Part shown: positions 1 through 12,099 of the stretch, one piece after another | Numbering within the stretch: the first letter of the stretch is position 1 | Layout of the letters: every line of letters starts with the position of its first letter | Assembly: GCF_004010195.1 (NCBI RefSeq) | Contig: NC_057711.1 | Location: 72,505,175-72,569,174, forward strand | DNA length: 64,000 bases | Source: Chiloscyllium plagiosum | Lineage: Eukaryota | Reading direction: 5' to 3' | Translations under genes and position numbers: made by a program | The notes under the pieces: model-generated | Databases searched by the model: none | The model's input: only the letters and a program-made list of their open reading frames with translations | Told to the model about the DNA's origin: nothing

Positions 1-282
1 TTTACAGAACATGCTCTTTATAGAAACCTCCCTCTAGTTTAAAGTGAGCACCAAATTGATTTCATTGTTGTTCAAGGTGGACAGTCATTAGCAGAATTCC
101 ACTGGGATTATCAAGGGCTATTACCCATATAGAGTTCACCATTGCTAGAGCATCATTTATCAAATATATCCTTAATGTTAGCGTTCTCTACAAAACCTCC
201 TATTTATAGAACATACCATTTATAGAACCTTCAACTATTGAACAAAACCTTTGTAGAATAGACCCTTTCTAAAATGCGAAAA

Positions 283-363
283 GTGGGTTGCTGGAAAAGC
301 ACAACCAGTCAGGTTGAGGAGCAGGAGAATCGACTTTTCGGGCATAAGCCCTTCATCAGGAAT
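283..363 (-). mobile_element. Penelope-like pseudo-LTR fragment with hammerhead motif
   Basis: Reverse complement reads ATTCCTGATGAAGGGCTTATGCCCGAAAAGTCGATTCTCCTGCTCC..CTTTTCCAGCAAC, the same repeat that terminates the GIY-YIG-bearing elements at 31755-32533 and 61602-62927. Confidence 0.8.
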
Positions 364-479
364 GTTAGCATTTGTTTTTATTGTACAATGGCAAAAATAA
401 AGGAACAAAACAAGAAAAAGCTGCATTTGCTGGAGAAAACAAAACAGGGGCTGTTGACATTTCGAACAACAACAAACTT

Positions 480-1352
480 GCAGTCAAAGATTGATGACTT
501 CACTCAACTCACGTCTATTGGAAGGGGCTGTCAATTAAGTCCTGGCTGCAGGCATTGCGTAATGGAGAGATCAGCCTTGGTAGTTCTTAGCTCCCAGTAA
601 TCATCCTGGTAAGGCTATCTAGCCCTTGAAATGAAGTAGTAATGTAAGAATTCAGAAGGGTATTTGCATCATGGCAGCTCCCGGTGTACCTGGTGCAAAC
701 TTCTAAGTTGTGGTACCAATAATCACAAATGGCTTGTACATTTACTGAAGAGATCAGATGACCATTGATGAGCTGTACCATGTGATGCAATGCAATGTCT
801 GCACAGTATACAATGCTTTGCAAATATCTACATGTTACCAGAGCCTACTGCCCAAGCTGCAGTACTGACATAATCAGAAGGAAATGAGAGGAAATGGTGT
901 GATCTGGCACAAATTTCATCACTGATAGCCTTGATGTATTTGTGAGTTGAAGTTTGTGAGATCCTTCATAGATGGATACTTGGAAGCAGCCAGTTGCACA
1001 AGAAATTAGTGCAACTGTCACTTTGAAATCCATTGAGATAGATGGCCACTCACCCCTTCAGGTCACAAGTCCTGCTTCTAGTTCTGTCATAGTGTCCCAA
1101 AACATCTGCAGTCTGTGGTGGCAATGAGTTTCAGTCAGCTGGACCAAAAGGCACTGAGGATGATAGACGCTGCATCTCTGGAAATGCTCTACACATGCTG
1201 AAGGGACGTTCTGCTGCAAAGCCTTCATATAGAGCCTGTACAGCAGTCATTGCAGCTTGCTCAGGTTCTGGGCTTGTTGGCATATTTGTTTCTCCTCAGT
1301 TTCTCTGTGCCTTTGTTATATCACAGCCTCAGTGATAGTCATCCCTGATCAT
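480..1352 (-). pseudogene. Decayed PIF/Harbinger (HARBI1-type DDE) transposase
   Basis: Minus-strand translations VYHPQCLLVQLTETHCHHRL, FKVTVALISCATGCFQ, SVNVQAICDY..EVCTRYTGSCHDA and LLGAKNY match HARBI1-family motifs in order; many stops and frameshifts. Confidence 0.8.
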
Positions 1353-1874
1353 GGTTCCAGTGAATCTGTGTGAGGAAGTCAGGCTCTGAGTAATGTTAAC
1401 AGTCAGCATTTGGAGCCCACACTTAGATGACTGTTTTAGCATAGTCCTCAATGCATGGAGGAATCTGACAAGGAGGTACATGGAATACTTACACATGGAC
1501 AGAGTGGAACTTATTCGGATGTAGGCAGCTCATGTCATGTCACACAAATGCAGTAGGAAATTGTAAATGGCATAGAATTATTGAAACCTTGACCCCTCAC
1601 CCCCACAACACCCAAGAAAGGCAGTATTACAGAGATGAGCATGCTGTCAAATATTTATATCTCCAAGCCCTTGTGTAGCCAATGAAACATTAAATTGTCT
1701 TTGTGAATTGTGACCTAATGTGACATTTTAAAGGTATTCTGTTTCTTCTGTTTCACAGAAATGATTGTGATCGATTTGTAATGATGAATGACGTGGTTAA
1801 GATTGCATGTGACCTAGACTTGTATTCAACATAGTTGTTCACTGTGAGCATTTCACATGCAGAATTCTAGATAT

Positions 1875-1970
1875 TTTTAATCAACCTGTTCAGAGATATT
1901 ATTACACACCTCTGGGGTAAGAAGGACTGGTTCAAAAATAGGGACATTACCATTGTTCCACAAGACCCAT
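1875..1970 (-). mobile_element. Short degenerate tRNA-head SINE-like repeat
   Basis: Resembles the copy at 54007-54125 (B-box-like GGTTCAAG followed by ..taacatctctgaa.ag.ttga). Confidence 0.4.
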
Positions 1971-2050
1971 CATGCAGAATTCTCTATTTGCAGATACATT
2001 AAACCTGGCTGTATAAGGGCCTGGTTCATACGATTGCCCTTGAGGGGCCT

Positions 2051-2262
2051 TGTAGTGATTGCAATGAGGTCAGCCAAGTGGACATCAGAAAATATGTGTT
2101 TCCTGACTGGTGCTGTTAATCTGGCTATTAAAAAGAGCAGTGTCAGGCATTCTGGCACTCTGAGAGCTGGCTCTGAGGGAGCTGGACCTGTGTCAAGGAC
2201 TTTCCATGGAGAAATAAAAGGTGACTTGGTAGCGGGATATCAGCCTCTGTGCAGTTATTTCA
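2051..2262 (+). mobile_element. Solo LTR (212 bp)
   Basis: TG...CA termini (tgtagtga..ttatttca), perfect 5-bp TSD GGCCT at 2046-2050 and 2263-2267, TATA-like tattaaaa near 2126, AATAAA at 2213-2218. Confidence 0.85.
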
Positions 2263-2529
2263 GGCCTCACATCACTCACAAGTAGATACCACTTCCTCTG
2301 ACAGAAAGTAAATCTTACTCCAACCATTCTGGATGTGATGGCAGTCATATTTTAATTCCATGTGCATTTGTGATTCAGATGAGGATAAAAGGCAAGACTT
2401 AACAACCCTGCCCACCAAAGTAGTGGCTTCTGATAATCTCTTGGCGTTCAATGATCAGCAACCCCACCACCTGCAACCCAGGACTGACTGTAACCCACTG
2501 TAATTCCTGTCTACCTACACCACTGACTG

Positions 2530-2960
2530 GATTAGAATTGTGCTGGAAAAACACAGCAGTTCAGGCAGCATCCAAGGAGCAGTAAAATCAATGTTTCAGG
2601 CAAAAGCCCTTCATCAGGAATACAGGCAGAGAGCCTGAAGGGTGGAGAGATATCTCCACGGATGCTGCCTGAACGGCTGTGCTTTTCCAGCACCATTCTA
2701 ATCTAGAGGAGAAAGTGAGGTCTGCAGATGCTGGAGATCAGAGCTGAAAATGTGTTGCTGGAAAAACGCAGCAGGTCAGGCAACATCCAGGGAACAGGAG
2801 AATCAACGTTTCGGGCATAAGCCCTTCTTCAGAAGAAGGGCTTATGCCCGAAACGTCGATTCTCCTGTTCCCTGGATGCTGCCTGACCTGCTGCGCTTTT
2901 CCAGCAACACATTCTAATCTAGACTCTGGTTTCCAGCATCTGCAGTCATTGTTTTTACCT
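2530..2960. mobile_element. Nested Penelope-like mini-insertions made of inverted pseudo-LTRs
   Basis: Outer duplication tacctacaccactgactg (2512-2529 / 2956-2973); inner element 2708-2909 flanked by cattctaatctaga (2694-2707 / 2910-2923); both elements contain inverted arms. Confidence 0.85.
2801..2834 (-). ncRNA. Minimal hammerhead ribozyme motif (PLE-associated), core intact
   Basis: UU-CUGAAGA-A-GGGC(UUAU)GCCC-GAAAC-GUU-GAUU. Confidence 0.55.
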
Positions 2961-3244
2961 ACACCACTGACTGTCATAGAAGGGCAGCCCATGATTAAAG
3001 ACCATAACATGATTGATCTATGTGCAGCTCCCTGACAGACATTCCACTAATTACTGGACTGATTGTACTAGACTGTCTGTGATCCACTTTCAAATTCTAA
3101 TGATATAGAACTTCTGACCATGGTTTTCCCAAGCAGCTGACTGTGTCCAAACACCTGGATTGGTATTGAATGATGTTCTTTACTGAATGTGGCAGGGCCC
3201 TTGATGGTAGTTGATGATATTTGCCCTTAATTTGCCTGAGGACT

Positions 3245-3790
3245 ACTCCACTTAGACCAGCTACAGGGCACAAGTCAGGAGTGCAATGGAATACTCCTCA
3301 CTCCCCTGGAAGAGTGCAGCTCCAACAACACTCAAGCAGTTTGACAGCATCCAGAACAAAGCAACTCACTTGATTAATGTCACATCCACAAACATTCATT
3401 CCCTTTACATACTAGCAGCAGTGTTTGCCGTCTGCAAGATACCTGCAATGATTCACTGAAGACCCTTAGATAGTGTCCAAACCCGAAACCACTGTTTAAA
3501 TGAGAAACTGCTCTCTAGCAGGACAAAGGCAGCAGATACATGGGAACAAGACCACTTGTAAGTTCCCCTCCAAGCATCTCACCATCCTTACTTGGAAATA
3601 TATTGTTGTTTCCTCACTGTCGCTGGGTCAAAATCCTGGAACAGCCTCCTCAAAGCATTGTGGGTCAATCTACAGCAAATGAATTGCAGCAGCTGAAGAA
3701 GGCAGCTCACCACCACCTTCTCAAGGGCAACCAGGGACAGGCAATAAATGTTGGCCAGTGACGCCCACATCCCGTGAGTGGATAAACAAA
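3245..3790 (+). mobile_element. LINE 3' end (CR1/L2-group family that shares its tail with the SINE at 6738)
   Basis: Ends caccaccttctcaagggcaaccagggacaggcaataaatgttggccagtgacgcccacatccc; same tail at 16884-17010, 23150-23256 and 42415-42545. Confidence 0.75.
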
Positions 3791-3848
3791 ATGACATGGA
3801 GATGTATCTATTTAATTGAAGCACATTCAGTGTACTGTACCATAAGCT

Positions 3849-4358
3849 TAGAGTCATAGAGTCATAGAGATGTACAGGATGGAAACAGACCCTTCGGTCC
3901 AACCTGTCCACACCAACCAGATATCCCAACCCAATCTAGTCCCACCTGCCAGCACCCGGCCCATATCCCTCCAAACCCTTCCTATTCATATACCCATCCG
4001 AATGCCTCTTAAATGTTGCAATTGTACCAACCTCCACTGCTTCCTCTGGCAGTTCATTCCACACACGTAACACCCTCTGCGTGATAAAGTTGTCCCTTAG
4101 GTCTATTTTATATCTTTCCCCTCTCACCCTAAACCTATGCCCTCTAGTTCTGGACTCCCCGATCCCAGGGAAAAGACTTTGCCTATTTATCCTATCCATG
4201 CCCCTCATAATTTTGTAAACTTCTATAAGGCCACCCCTCAGCCTCCGATGCTCCAGGGAAAACAGCCCCAGCCTGTCCAGCCTCTCCCTATAGCTCAAAT
4301 CCTCCAACCCTGGCAACATCCTTGTAAATCTTTTCTGAACCCTTTCAAGTTTCACAAC
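3849..4358 (-). mobile_element. CR1-clade LINE (HER1-like) 3' fragment
   Basis: ORF2 C-terminus LERVQKRFTRMLPGL..RRLRGGLIEVYKIM..FITQRVLRVWNELP; 8-bp tandem tail (agagtcat)n. Confidence 0.92.
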
Positions 4359-4639
4359 TTTAGTCACTTATGTAGCTGGATCCTCCAGGTAGCCTCGAAG
4401 ATTTTCATGCCAGAATAGTCACCATTGATTTTCTCTCTACTGCCTAGGAAATAGCAAACAGTTATTATATGAATGAAGTGAGATTGGGTAATAATGAAAT
4501 GTTAGTGCATGAAAATGGACTTCTCTGCACTCACCAGTGACATTCTCATCATGTCATCAAATACTTGGGTGTCACATTGGATATTTTTCCTCAACCCTGA
4601 GAAATTCAATTTTCTGTTTTGGTGATATTTTCTGAACTA

Positions 4640-6630
4640 CTGGGTCCACTGATGTTCGTCATTTATATAAATGATTTGGGTGTGAGAATAGGAGGTATGG
4701 TTAGTAAGTTTGCAGATGACACTAAAATTAGTGACATAGTGGACAGTGAAGAAAATTACCTCAGAGTACAATGGGATCTTGATCAGATTGGTTAGGGCCA
4801 AGGAGTGGCAGATGGAGGTGAATTTAGATAAATGTGAGGTGCTGCATTTTGGAAAGGCAAATCAGAGCAGGACTTATACATTTAATGGTAAGATCCTGGG
4901 AAGCGTTGCTGAAGAAAAAGACCTTGGAGTGTAGGTTCATAGTTCTTTGAAGGTGGAGTCACAGGTAGATAGGATAGTAAATAAGGCGTTTGGTACACTC
5001 TATTGGTCAGTGCATTGAGTATAGGAGTTGGGAGATCATGTTGCAGGTTGTACAGGATATTGGTCAGCCATTTTGGAATATTGCATGCAATTCGACTCTC
5101 CCTGCTATAGGAAGGATGTCAGAGACAAAACTGCAGATGCTGGAATCTGAAGTAGACAATCAGGAGCCTGGAACAACACAGCAAGCCAGGCAGCATCAGG
5201 AGTTGGAGAAATTGATGTTTTGGTCATAACTCTTCTTCAGGACTGGGACTGGGGGTGAAGGGAGCTGTAGATAAAGGGGCGATGAGGGAGGAGTGGGGAC
5301 AGAAATGGAGGGGTGAAGTAGGGATAGATGAACAGAGGCAGAGGGTAAGGCCTAGTTGGTCGGTGGGATGAACGAATCTGGTTGGTGGCTGGAAGAAAGG
5401 GTCGGTAAGCGGAATGTAAGGAAGGGGGAGGTACTGGAAAGGGAGTCAGGGGATAGGAAGGGAGGGCGAGTCCTCAGGGTTATGGGCTTCCCAGGTGGAA
5501 GATGAGATGTTGTTCCTCCAATTTGCAATCTGATTCACTGTGGCAATGGAGAAGGCTGAGGATGGTCATGTTGGAGAGGGAATGAGAAGCAGAATTAAAA
5601 TGGGTGGTGACTGGGAGGTCAGGTCAGCCCCTATGCACCCAGCTGAGATGCTAGGTGAAATGTGCTGTGAGTTTACACATGTAGAGGAGACCACGTCATG
5701 AGCACCGGAAACAGTAAACTGGGTTGGAGGAGAGGCAGGTGAACCTCTGTTTCACCTGAAAGGACTGTTTGGGGCCCTGGATGGAGGTGAGGGGGTGGTG
5801 TGCCGGCAGGTTTTGTATCTTTTCTGGTTGCAGGGGAAGGTACCTGGGGATTCGATGGGGAGAGTGGCATGAACCAAGGATTGTCAAAGGCAATAGTCCT
5901 TGTGCAAGGCAGAAAGGAGGTGGGGGGTGTGGGGAGATATTCTGAGTGGTGGGGTCTAGTTGGAGTTGGCGGACGTCTTTAAGGATGATATGTTAGACGT
6001 GAGACTGATGGGATGGAAAGTGAAGACGGGAGGACCCTATCTTTATTGCATTTGGAGGGGGAGTGGATTTAGAGCAGGGGAGCAGGGGATGGAGGAGGTG
6101 TGGTGGAGGACTGTCTGGATGACAGAGGGAGACCAATGTTGTGAAACTTGAAAGGGTATAGAAAAGATTTACAAAGATATTTCTTGGGTTGAAGGGTTTA
6201 AGCTACAGGGAGAGGGTGAATAGGCCGAGGCTGTTTTCCCTAGAGCGTCAGAGGCTGAGGGGTGACCTTGTAAAGGTTTATATAATCATTAGCGGCATGG
6301 ATAGGATAAATCGACAACCTCTTTTCCCTGGGGTTGGGGAAGTCCAAAACTAGACGGCATAGACTTAAAGTGAGTGGGGAATGGTTTAAAAGGGACCCAT
6401 TGGGTCCTTTTCATGCAGAGGTTGAATGGAATGAGCGTCCAGAGGAAATGGTGGAGGCTGGTACAATTACAACATTTAAAAAGCATCCGGATGGGTATAT
6501 GAATAGGAATGGTTTAGAGGGATATAGGCCAAGTGCTGGCAAATGGGACTAGATTTATCTAGGATATCTGGTCATCATGAATGGACCGAAGGGTCTGTTT
6601 GCATGCTGGACATCTCTCTGACTTTCTGAC
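4640..6630 (+). mobile_element. CR1/HER1 LINE 3' portion, split by a Penelope insertion at 5119-6135
   Basis: SKFADDTKI RT motif near 4705, DKCEVLHFGK; sequence resumes atgttgtgaaacttgaaaggg at about 6136; C-terminus and tail to about 6630. Confidence 0.9.
5119..6135 (-). mobile_element. Penelope-like element 3' fragment (GIY-YIG endonuclease remnant plus pseudo-LTR)
   Basis: TSIQGPKQSFQVKQRFTCLSSNPVYCFRCS is the PLE endonuclease N-terminal motif; pyrimidine-rich 3' region; degenerate CTGAAGA motif near 5235-5241. Confidence 0.85.
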
Positions 6631-6737
6631 TTGGCATTGTCCATGTCCTCCAGGGGCTGGGACAATTCTGTTAGTAGTGTGAGATAAGGAGCATAATGCA
6701 GAAAGAGTTACTAAAGAGATGTAGCTGCATTGCAGGA

Positions 6738-7100
6738 GGTCTAGTGGTCCAAAGCCCCAGAGATATAATTTTGGACTGTTGATCCAGAGAGCAGGTAATG
6801 TTCTGAGGACCTGTATTCAACTCCTGCCACAGCCGATGATGGAATTTGATTTCAATCAACATCTGGAATTAGGATTCTAATGGCCATGAATCCATTGTCG
6901 ATTGTTGGAAAATATCCATCTGCTTTACTAATGTCCTTGAGGGAAGGAAATCTGCCTTCCTTACTGGGTCTGGCCGACATGTGACTTCAGACCCACAGCA
7001 ATGTGCTTGACTCTTAACTGGTCTCTGGGCAATTAGGGATGAGCAATAAGCCCTGACCTAGCCAGCGATGCTGACATCCTGTGAATAAATTTTTAAAAAC
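6738..7100 (+). mobile_element. SINE with tRNA-like head, central domain and LINE-derived tail (Deu/SacSINE-like)
   Basis: Second copy at 23853-24203; 3' end gggcaattagggatgagcaataa..ccagcgatgctgacatcc matches the LINE tail at 3725-3775. Confidence 0.7.
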
Positions 7101-7439
7101 TCATAAAATATTCAGTACATTTTCATCCCATTCATTGGACTCAGTGTCGATTAAAAGCAGATGGATGAGTAATTCTGCCAGTTTACCACTCAGCCATTGA
7201 AGATAAAAAAAATTCATTGCTTACATACAAGAGATAAACACAGATTTTGTTGTCAAGAAGCATTATGCTTTAATGTTAAAATAAATTAATTAGATTTTTA
7301 ATAACTATTCTGTAACATTAAAGTATTTGGCTTTCTTCTTTTACACTTAATGAAAGTAATATTCAGCTAAACCCTACTGAATGCATTTTTCTAAATTAAA
7401 AATCAAAGTAATTCTAACTGGCTGCATTAGGTTTATGGT

Positions 7440-8345
7440 GCCAGACTCAGTTCAGCTACAACACTGATAAATAAGCCACAAAGTGTATCCTTACCAAATA
7501 TGTTCTGTCTACAAAAATCAGACAACTCCAATCCTCACAATTACTACCCCATCAGCCTATTCTTAATCATCTGTAACCTGTTGATAAGTATTATTGATAG
7601 CACTATAAAGTGGCACTTACTCACCAATAACCTGCACATCTATGTTCAGTTCAAGCTCAGGGACAGTAATTCAGCTCTCAACCATCTTATAACCCTGGTT
7701 CAAATATGGATAGAAGTGCTGTACTCAAAAAATAAGGACAGAGTGACTATCCTTAACGTCTAGGCAGCAGTTGATTGAATGTAGCACCTAAGAGCCTGAC
7801 CAAAATTGAAATCAATGGGAAACGGGGGAAATCACTTTATTAGCAGGGATCATACCAAACATAAATGTTATAAATGCTGGAAGCCAGTTGTGCCAGCAAC
7901 ATGACATAGCTGCAGGAGTTCCTCAAAGTAGAATCTTAAGCCCAACATCTTCAGCGACTTCATCAATGAGCTTCCCTCCCTCATAACGACAGAAGTGAGA
8001 ATGTTCGCTGATGATTGTCCAGTGTTCCACATATTTAGAATTTCTCAAATACTGAAGCAAGTCTGTCTGCAGCAAGACTTGGATACTATTCAGACTAGGG
8101 CTCACACCATAAAACCAAGCAAAGACAATTTCCAAAAAACGGAAAGATGAACAACCTCCTTTTGACATAGAATAGATGCATCATTGTCAAAATCATCATT
8201 CAACATTCAGGGAATGACAAATGACAGGATATTAAACTGAACCAGATAAGTAAGTATTTTGACTACAACAGCAAGTGAGATGTTAGTTTTTCTGCGGTGA
8301 TTCATCTTAAAAAAAAATCTGTCCATTATCAGGTAGTATGATGCC
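7440..8345 (+). mobile_element. Degenerate LINE RT fragment (same family as 21641-23256)
   Basis: KSDNSNPHNYYPISL, GVPQSRILSP and MFADDC motifs. Confidence 0.8.
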
Positions 8346-8393
8346 ACACTGAGTTTGTGTTCAAGATAGACTGGTGAAGGAGAAGTAAAAATC

Positions 8394-8640
8394 AGCACCA
8401 GAGACCTGGGTTCAATTCCCACCTCAGGCAACTGACTGTGTGGAGTTTGCACATTCTTCCTGTGTCTGTGTGGGTTTCCTCTGGGTGCTCTGGTTTCTTC
8501 CCACAGTCGAAAAATGTGCTGGTTAGGTGAATTGGCCATGCTAAATTGCCTGTAGTGTTAGGGGAATGGGTGGGTTGCGCTTTTGCAGGTTGGTGTGGAT
8601 TTGTTGGGCTGAAGGGCCTGTTTCCACACTGTAAGGATCT
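8394..8640 (+). mobile_element. HE1-type SINE (5' truncated)
   Basis: B-box GGTTCAATTCC, V-domain tgtggagtttgcacattct.., tail gggcctgtttccacactgt. Confidence 0.9.
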
Positions 8641-9344
8641 ATCATAAAGATTAATTAATAGATATTTTAGACTGAAAGATGTCACTCAGATTACTTAGTT
8701 TTATTACATTTACTTTATATGTTTTCCTTGTCTCCCTTCCTTGTCTCCCTTACTTTTCCCTAAGTCATTGACTGGATGTACCTGCTTCGGTTATTGGATG
8801 AGGAAAATCTATGAGTTGGTATTGAAACATGTGTGGTAAAGTCATTGATCTTGCTTGTTTTCTGCTGGCTTCCTATAGATCAGAGATTCAAATAATCTGG
8901 ATGAAGGAACTGAGCAGTGATGTAACTACAGGAGTACATGAGAATTATGAGATGGTTTTTCGTCTTCCGTTCCATTATTTGTTGTTAATTTCACTAAGAA
9001 CAAATGAAGGAATTCATCCATGCATTGTTGCTCTTCATTTGAATAAGCTTGTTCCCTTACAGTATTGAGGTTTTCTTTTCAAAGATGTTAATATACATAT
9101 TAGGTTAGGAACAAGTTAACTTGTTGCTTGGTATGTTTTCCAGACTATAGCGTATCTTCGATAAGTTACATCTTTTCCAAGTATGAGTACAATATTGGTG
9201 GATGGTTGAATGATTTGTCTTTACTGATGTGGGGTTTGGAGTTACACCACACATGATACTGTAGTCAATGTTCCCTTTGAGAACACACAGCTGCTGTAGG
9301 GTTCCTTTGAGGTTCTGTGCAAATCAATGCCAACACCTTGACTT

Positions 9345-9945
9345 CAGGTTTCACCCTTTTTGAAGAACAATCCTGTATTAGCTGTCGTCCAATCATCTGG
9401 TATCTCTTCTGTGTCCAGAGAGGGTTTGGAAATTAATGTCAGAGCCTCCGCAATCTCTTTTCTTGCCTCCCACAGAATCTTTGGATGTATCTCATTGAGG
9501 CCTGGGCACCTATCCAATTTTAAGCTTTCAAAAGTTGCTAATATCTCATCTCTCAATTGTAATATATTCACGTGTATCACAATCCTTTTGTTGATCTTAT
9601 TCACATTGTTCTTCTCTATTGTGAACACAGGCATGTATTTATTTAAAATTTCATCTCCATCTTCCAGCTCCATCCACAGTTTGCCACTTAGGTCCCTAAT
9701 AAGCTCACTATTTCCCTGGTTACCCCCTTGCCCTTTATATAGTTCTAAAATGCCTTTTGATTTTCCCTTATGTTATTGGGCAGTGATTTTTCATGTCGCC
9801 CCCCCCTTAGCTTTCCTAATTTCTTTTTCAAGTAACCACCTGCACCTTCTAGACACCTCTAGGGCTTCCATTGTTCTAGGCCCTCAGTATCGATAATAAG
9901 TTTTTATTTTTAAGTTTATCTAATCCTGCACATATCTCGATATTT
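9345..9945 (-). mobile_element. CR1 ORF2 fragment
   Basis: LKLDRCPGLNEIHPKILWEARKEIAEAL..IPDDWTTAN..FKKG. Confidence 0.85.
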
Positions 9946-10335
9946 CAAATACAGTTTTTTTGTTGTGTTTTTTAAAATATTGTGGATTGAAATGAGAAAG
10001 AACTGTTTTAAAACCAGGGGTTTACAAGGATTGCTGTACGTTTTGAAAAGCAAATAACCTGACGCTCATATGAACATAGAAACTAGGAGCAGGAGGAGGC
10101 ACTTCTGTTCCTGGAGCCCTCTCCACCATTCAATACAATCATGACTGATCTCATCTCAACCTCAACGCCACTTTCCTGCCTCCTCCTTAAATATATTCAA
10201 TGTCCCAGCATCAACCACACACTAGGGAATGAAATCCACACATTCATGACCCTTGAAAGAAGTCATTCTTACTCAGCTCTTTTTAAAATCTGCTACCCTA
10301 TATTCTAAAACTATAACTGCTTGCTCTAGATTGCT

Positions 10336-10492
10336 GCTTTCTCCCCACCCTCACCCTCCTCTAGCTTATCTCTCCACGCTTCAGGCTCTCTGCCTTTATT
10401 CCTGATGAAGGGCTTTTGCCCGAAATGTCGATTTTGCTGCTCCTCGGATGCTGTCTGAACTGCTGTGCCCTTCCAGCACCACTAATCCAGTA
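10336..10492 (+). mobile_element. Penelope pseudo-LTR with hammerhead motif at 10398-10433
   Basis: ATTC-CTGATGA-A-GGGC(TTTT)GCCC-GAAAT-GTC-GATT followed by ctcctcggatgctg..ccagcaccactaatccag. Confidence 0.85.
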
Positions 10493-10530
10493 TATGAGGA
10501 AATGTCTACTTTGTCAATCTCTTTGGCAGA

Positions 10531-11002
10531 AAGTCATAGAGTCATGTACAGCATGGAAACAGATCCTTCGGTCCAACCTGTCCATGCCGACCGGATATCC
10601 CAACCCAATCTAGTCCCACCTGCCAGCACCTGGCCCATATCCCTCCAAATCCTTCCTATTCATATACCCATCCAAATGCCCCTTAAATGTTGCCTCCACC
10701 ACTTCATCTGGCAGTTCATTCCATACACGTACCACCTTCTGTGTGAAAAAGTTGCCCCTTAGGTCTCATTTATATCTTTCTCCTCTCACCCTAAACCTAT
10801 GCCCTCTAGTTCTGGACTCCCTGATCCCAGGGAAAAGACTTTGTCTATTTACTCTATCCACGCCCCTCATAATTTTGTAAACCGCTATAAGGTCACCCCT
10901 CAGCCTCCGACACTCCAGGGAAAACAGCCCCAGCCTGTTCAGTCTCTCCCTATAGCTCCAATCTTCCAACCCTGGTAACATCCTTGTAAATCTTTTCTGC
11001 AT
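10531..11002 (-). mobile_element. CR1/HER1 3' fragment
   Basis: QKRFTRMLPGLEDWSYRERLNRLGLFSLECRRLRGDL; agtcatagagtcat tail. Confidence 0.92.
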
Positions 11003-11300
11003 CTTAAGTGTCTGAATTCAGTCTCCTTTCATACTTTTAAATTTCACAAAGTACAGGCATAAACTGCTCAACCTTTCTCCATAAGGCAAACTCCTTATTT
11101 CTGGCACCAATCTCGTGAACCTCCTCTGACCTATCTCCAATGTAACTATAATCCTCTTCAAGTAATTGCACAAAATTGCATACAATACTCTAGTTGTGAT
11201 CTCACTGATGATTTGTACAGTTGCAGTAACACTTTCCTACTTTTACACTCTATCCTGTGAGCAACAAATGCCATATTAGGAGGCATTGCTTAAACAGATA

Positions 11301-12049
11301 TTTGAACAATGAATAACTAAAATATTTACTGAGAAAATAGAACTGAGCGATTGTTTAAAGATAGAGCATATCTTGGCAACAATAGATTGATTGGTTTAGA
11401 AACTATTGACCAGTTACCAATGACCAAAGCTTTTTGCCGGCTGGGAATAAAATGCAGACAGAAGTGATCAGATCTCCATCAGCCGGAGTTCTATCTCCAT
11501 TCTCTGCAATAAATTGCTTTAAGCCTGCAGAAAACTAATTTATCTTTCCTTCAGCAGTTGCTGTAAACTGTAACTTCACCTGATTATTCAGAGACCTTGG
11601 AAAAAGAGTCACCCTATGCCTCTTGCAAACTCCTGGAAGCATTTGGGAAGGGAAGGCTAAGAAGATACCTTCTGCTTGGAAACTTGGTGGAGCAAGGTTC
11701 ATCTGAGATAATCAAGAGGGCTTTGGATGATTATTCTGATAGAAATAGTGTGCAAAGATCTGGGGAAAAAGGAGGAGATTGGCACTAGGTCATGATGCTC
11801 TTTGAAGAGCTGTTATAGACATGATGGACTAAATGAGCTTCTTCTCCTTATACTGAAACAATTCTGTGATTCTGTGATCAGCAAAAAATACCTACGCAGC
11901 AGATCCCAGCTGGCAAAAAGCTTTGGTCATTGATGACTGGTCAATAGTTTCTAAACCAATCAATCTATTGTTGCCAACAAATGCTTTATCTTTAAACAAT
12001 CGTTCAGTTCTGTTTCCTCTGCAAACATTTCAGTTATTCATTGTTCAAA
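11301..12049. repeat. Long inverted repeat (146-bp arms at 11301-11446 and 11904-12049)
   Basis: Arms align ungapped as reverse complements with about 13 mismatches by my count; the spacer contains AATAAA and a CR1 tail. Confidence 0.9.
11700..11880 (+). mobile_element. CR1 3' tail fragment
   Basis: Ends attctgtgattctgtgat (8-bp tandem CR1 tail). Confidence 0.6.
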
Positions 12050-12099
12050 CCATTTTCCCAGTTTTCCTCCTTCTGTGATTGTGTTTCCCTGTCTACTTT

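Larger units (their letters stand above)
10070..11275 (-). mobile_element. Older CR1 3' fragment interrupted by PLE (10336-10492) and HER1 (10531-11002)
   Basis: CR1-type tail catatgaacatagaaactaggagcagg; CR1-like sequence continues between and after the two inserts. Confidence 0.65.

Noticed and set aside
190..275. About 17-bp periodic tttatagaac units as a CRISPR-like array
   Set aside because: Short, degenerate, no spacers, eukaryotic context
2844..3035. Recurrent Cys-rich peptide MPETSILL..GCCLTCCAFPA as a gene family
   Set aside because: It is only the translation of the PLE pseudo-LTR, and copies carry random indels and substitutions
8720..9340. Possible Gypsy integrase tail and polypurine tract on minus
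   Set aside because: Only a weak TYRR-like match; too decayed to support
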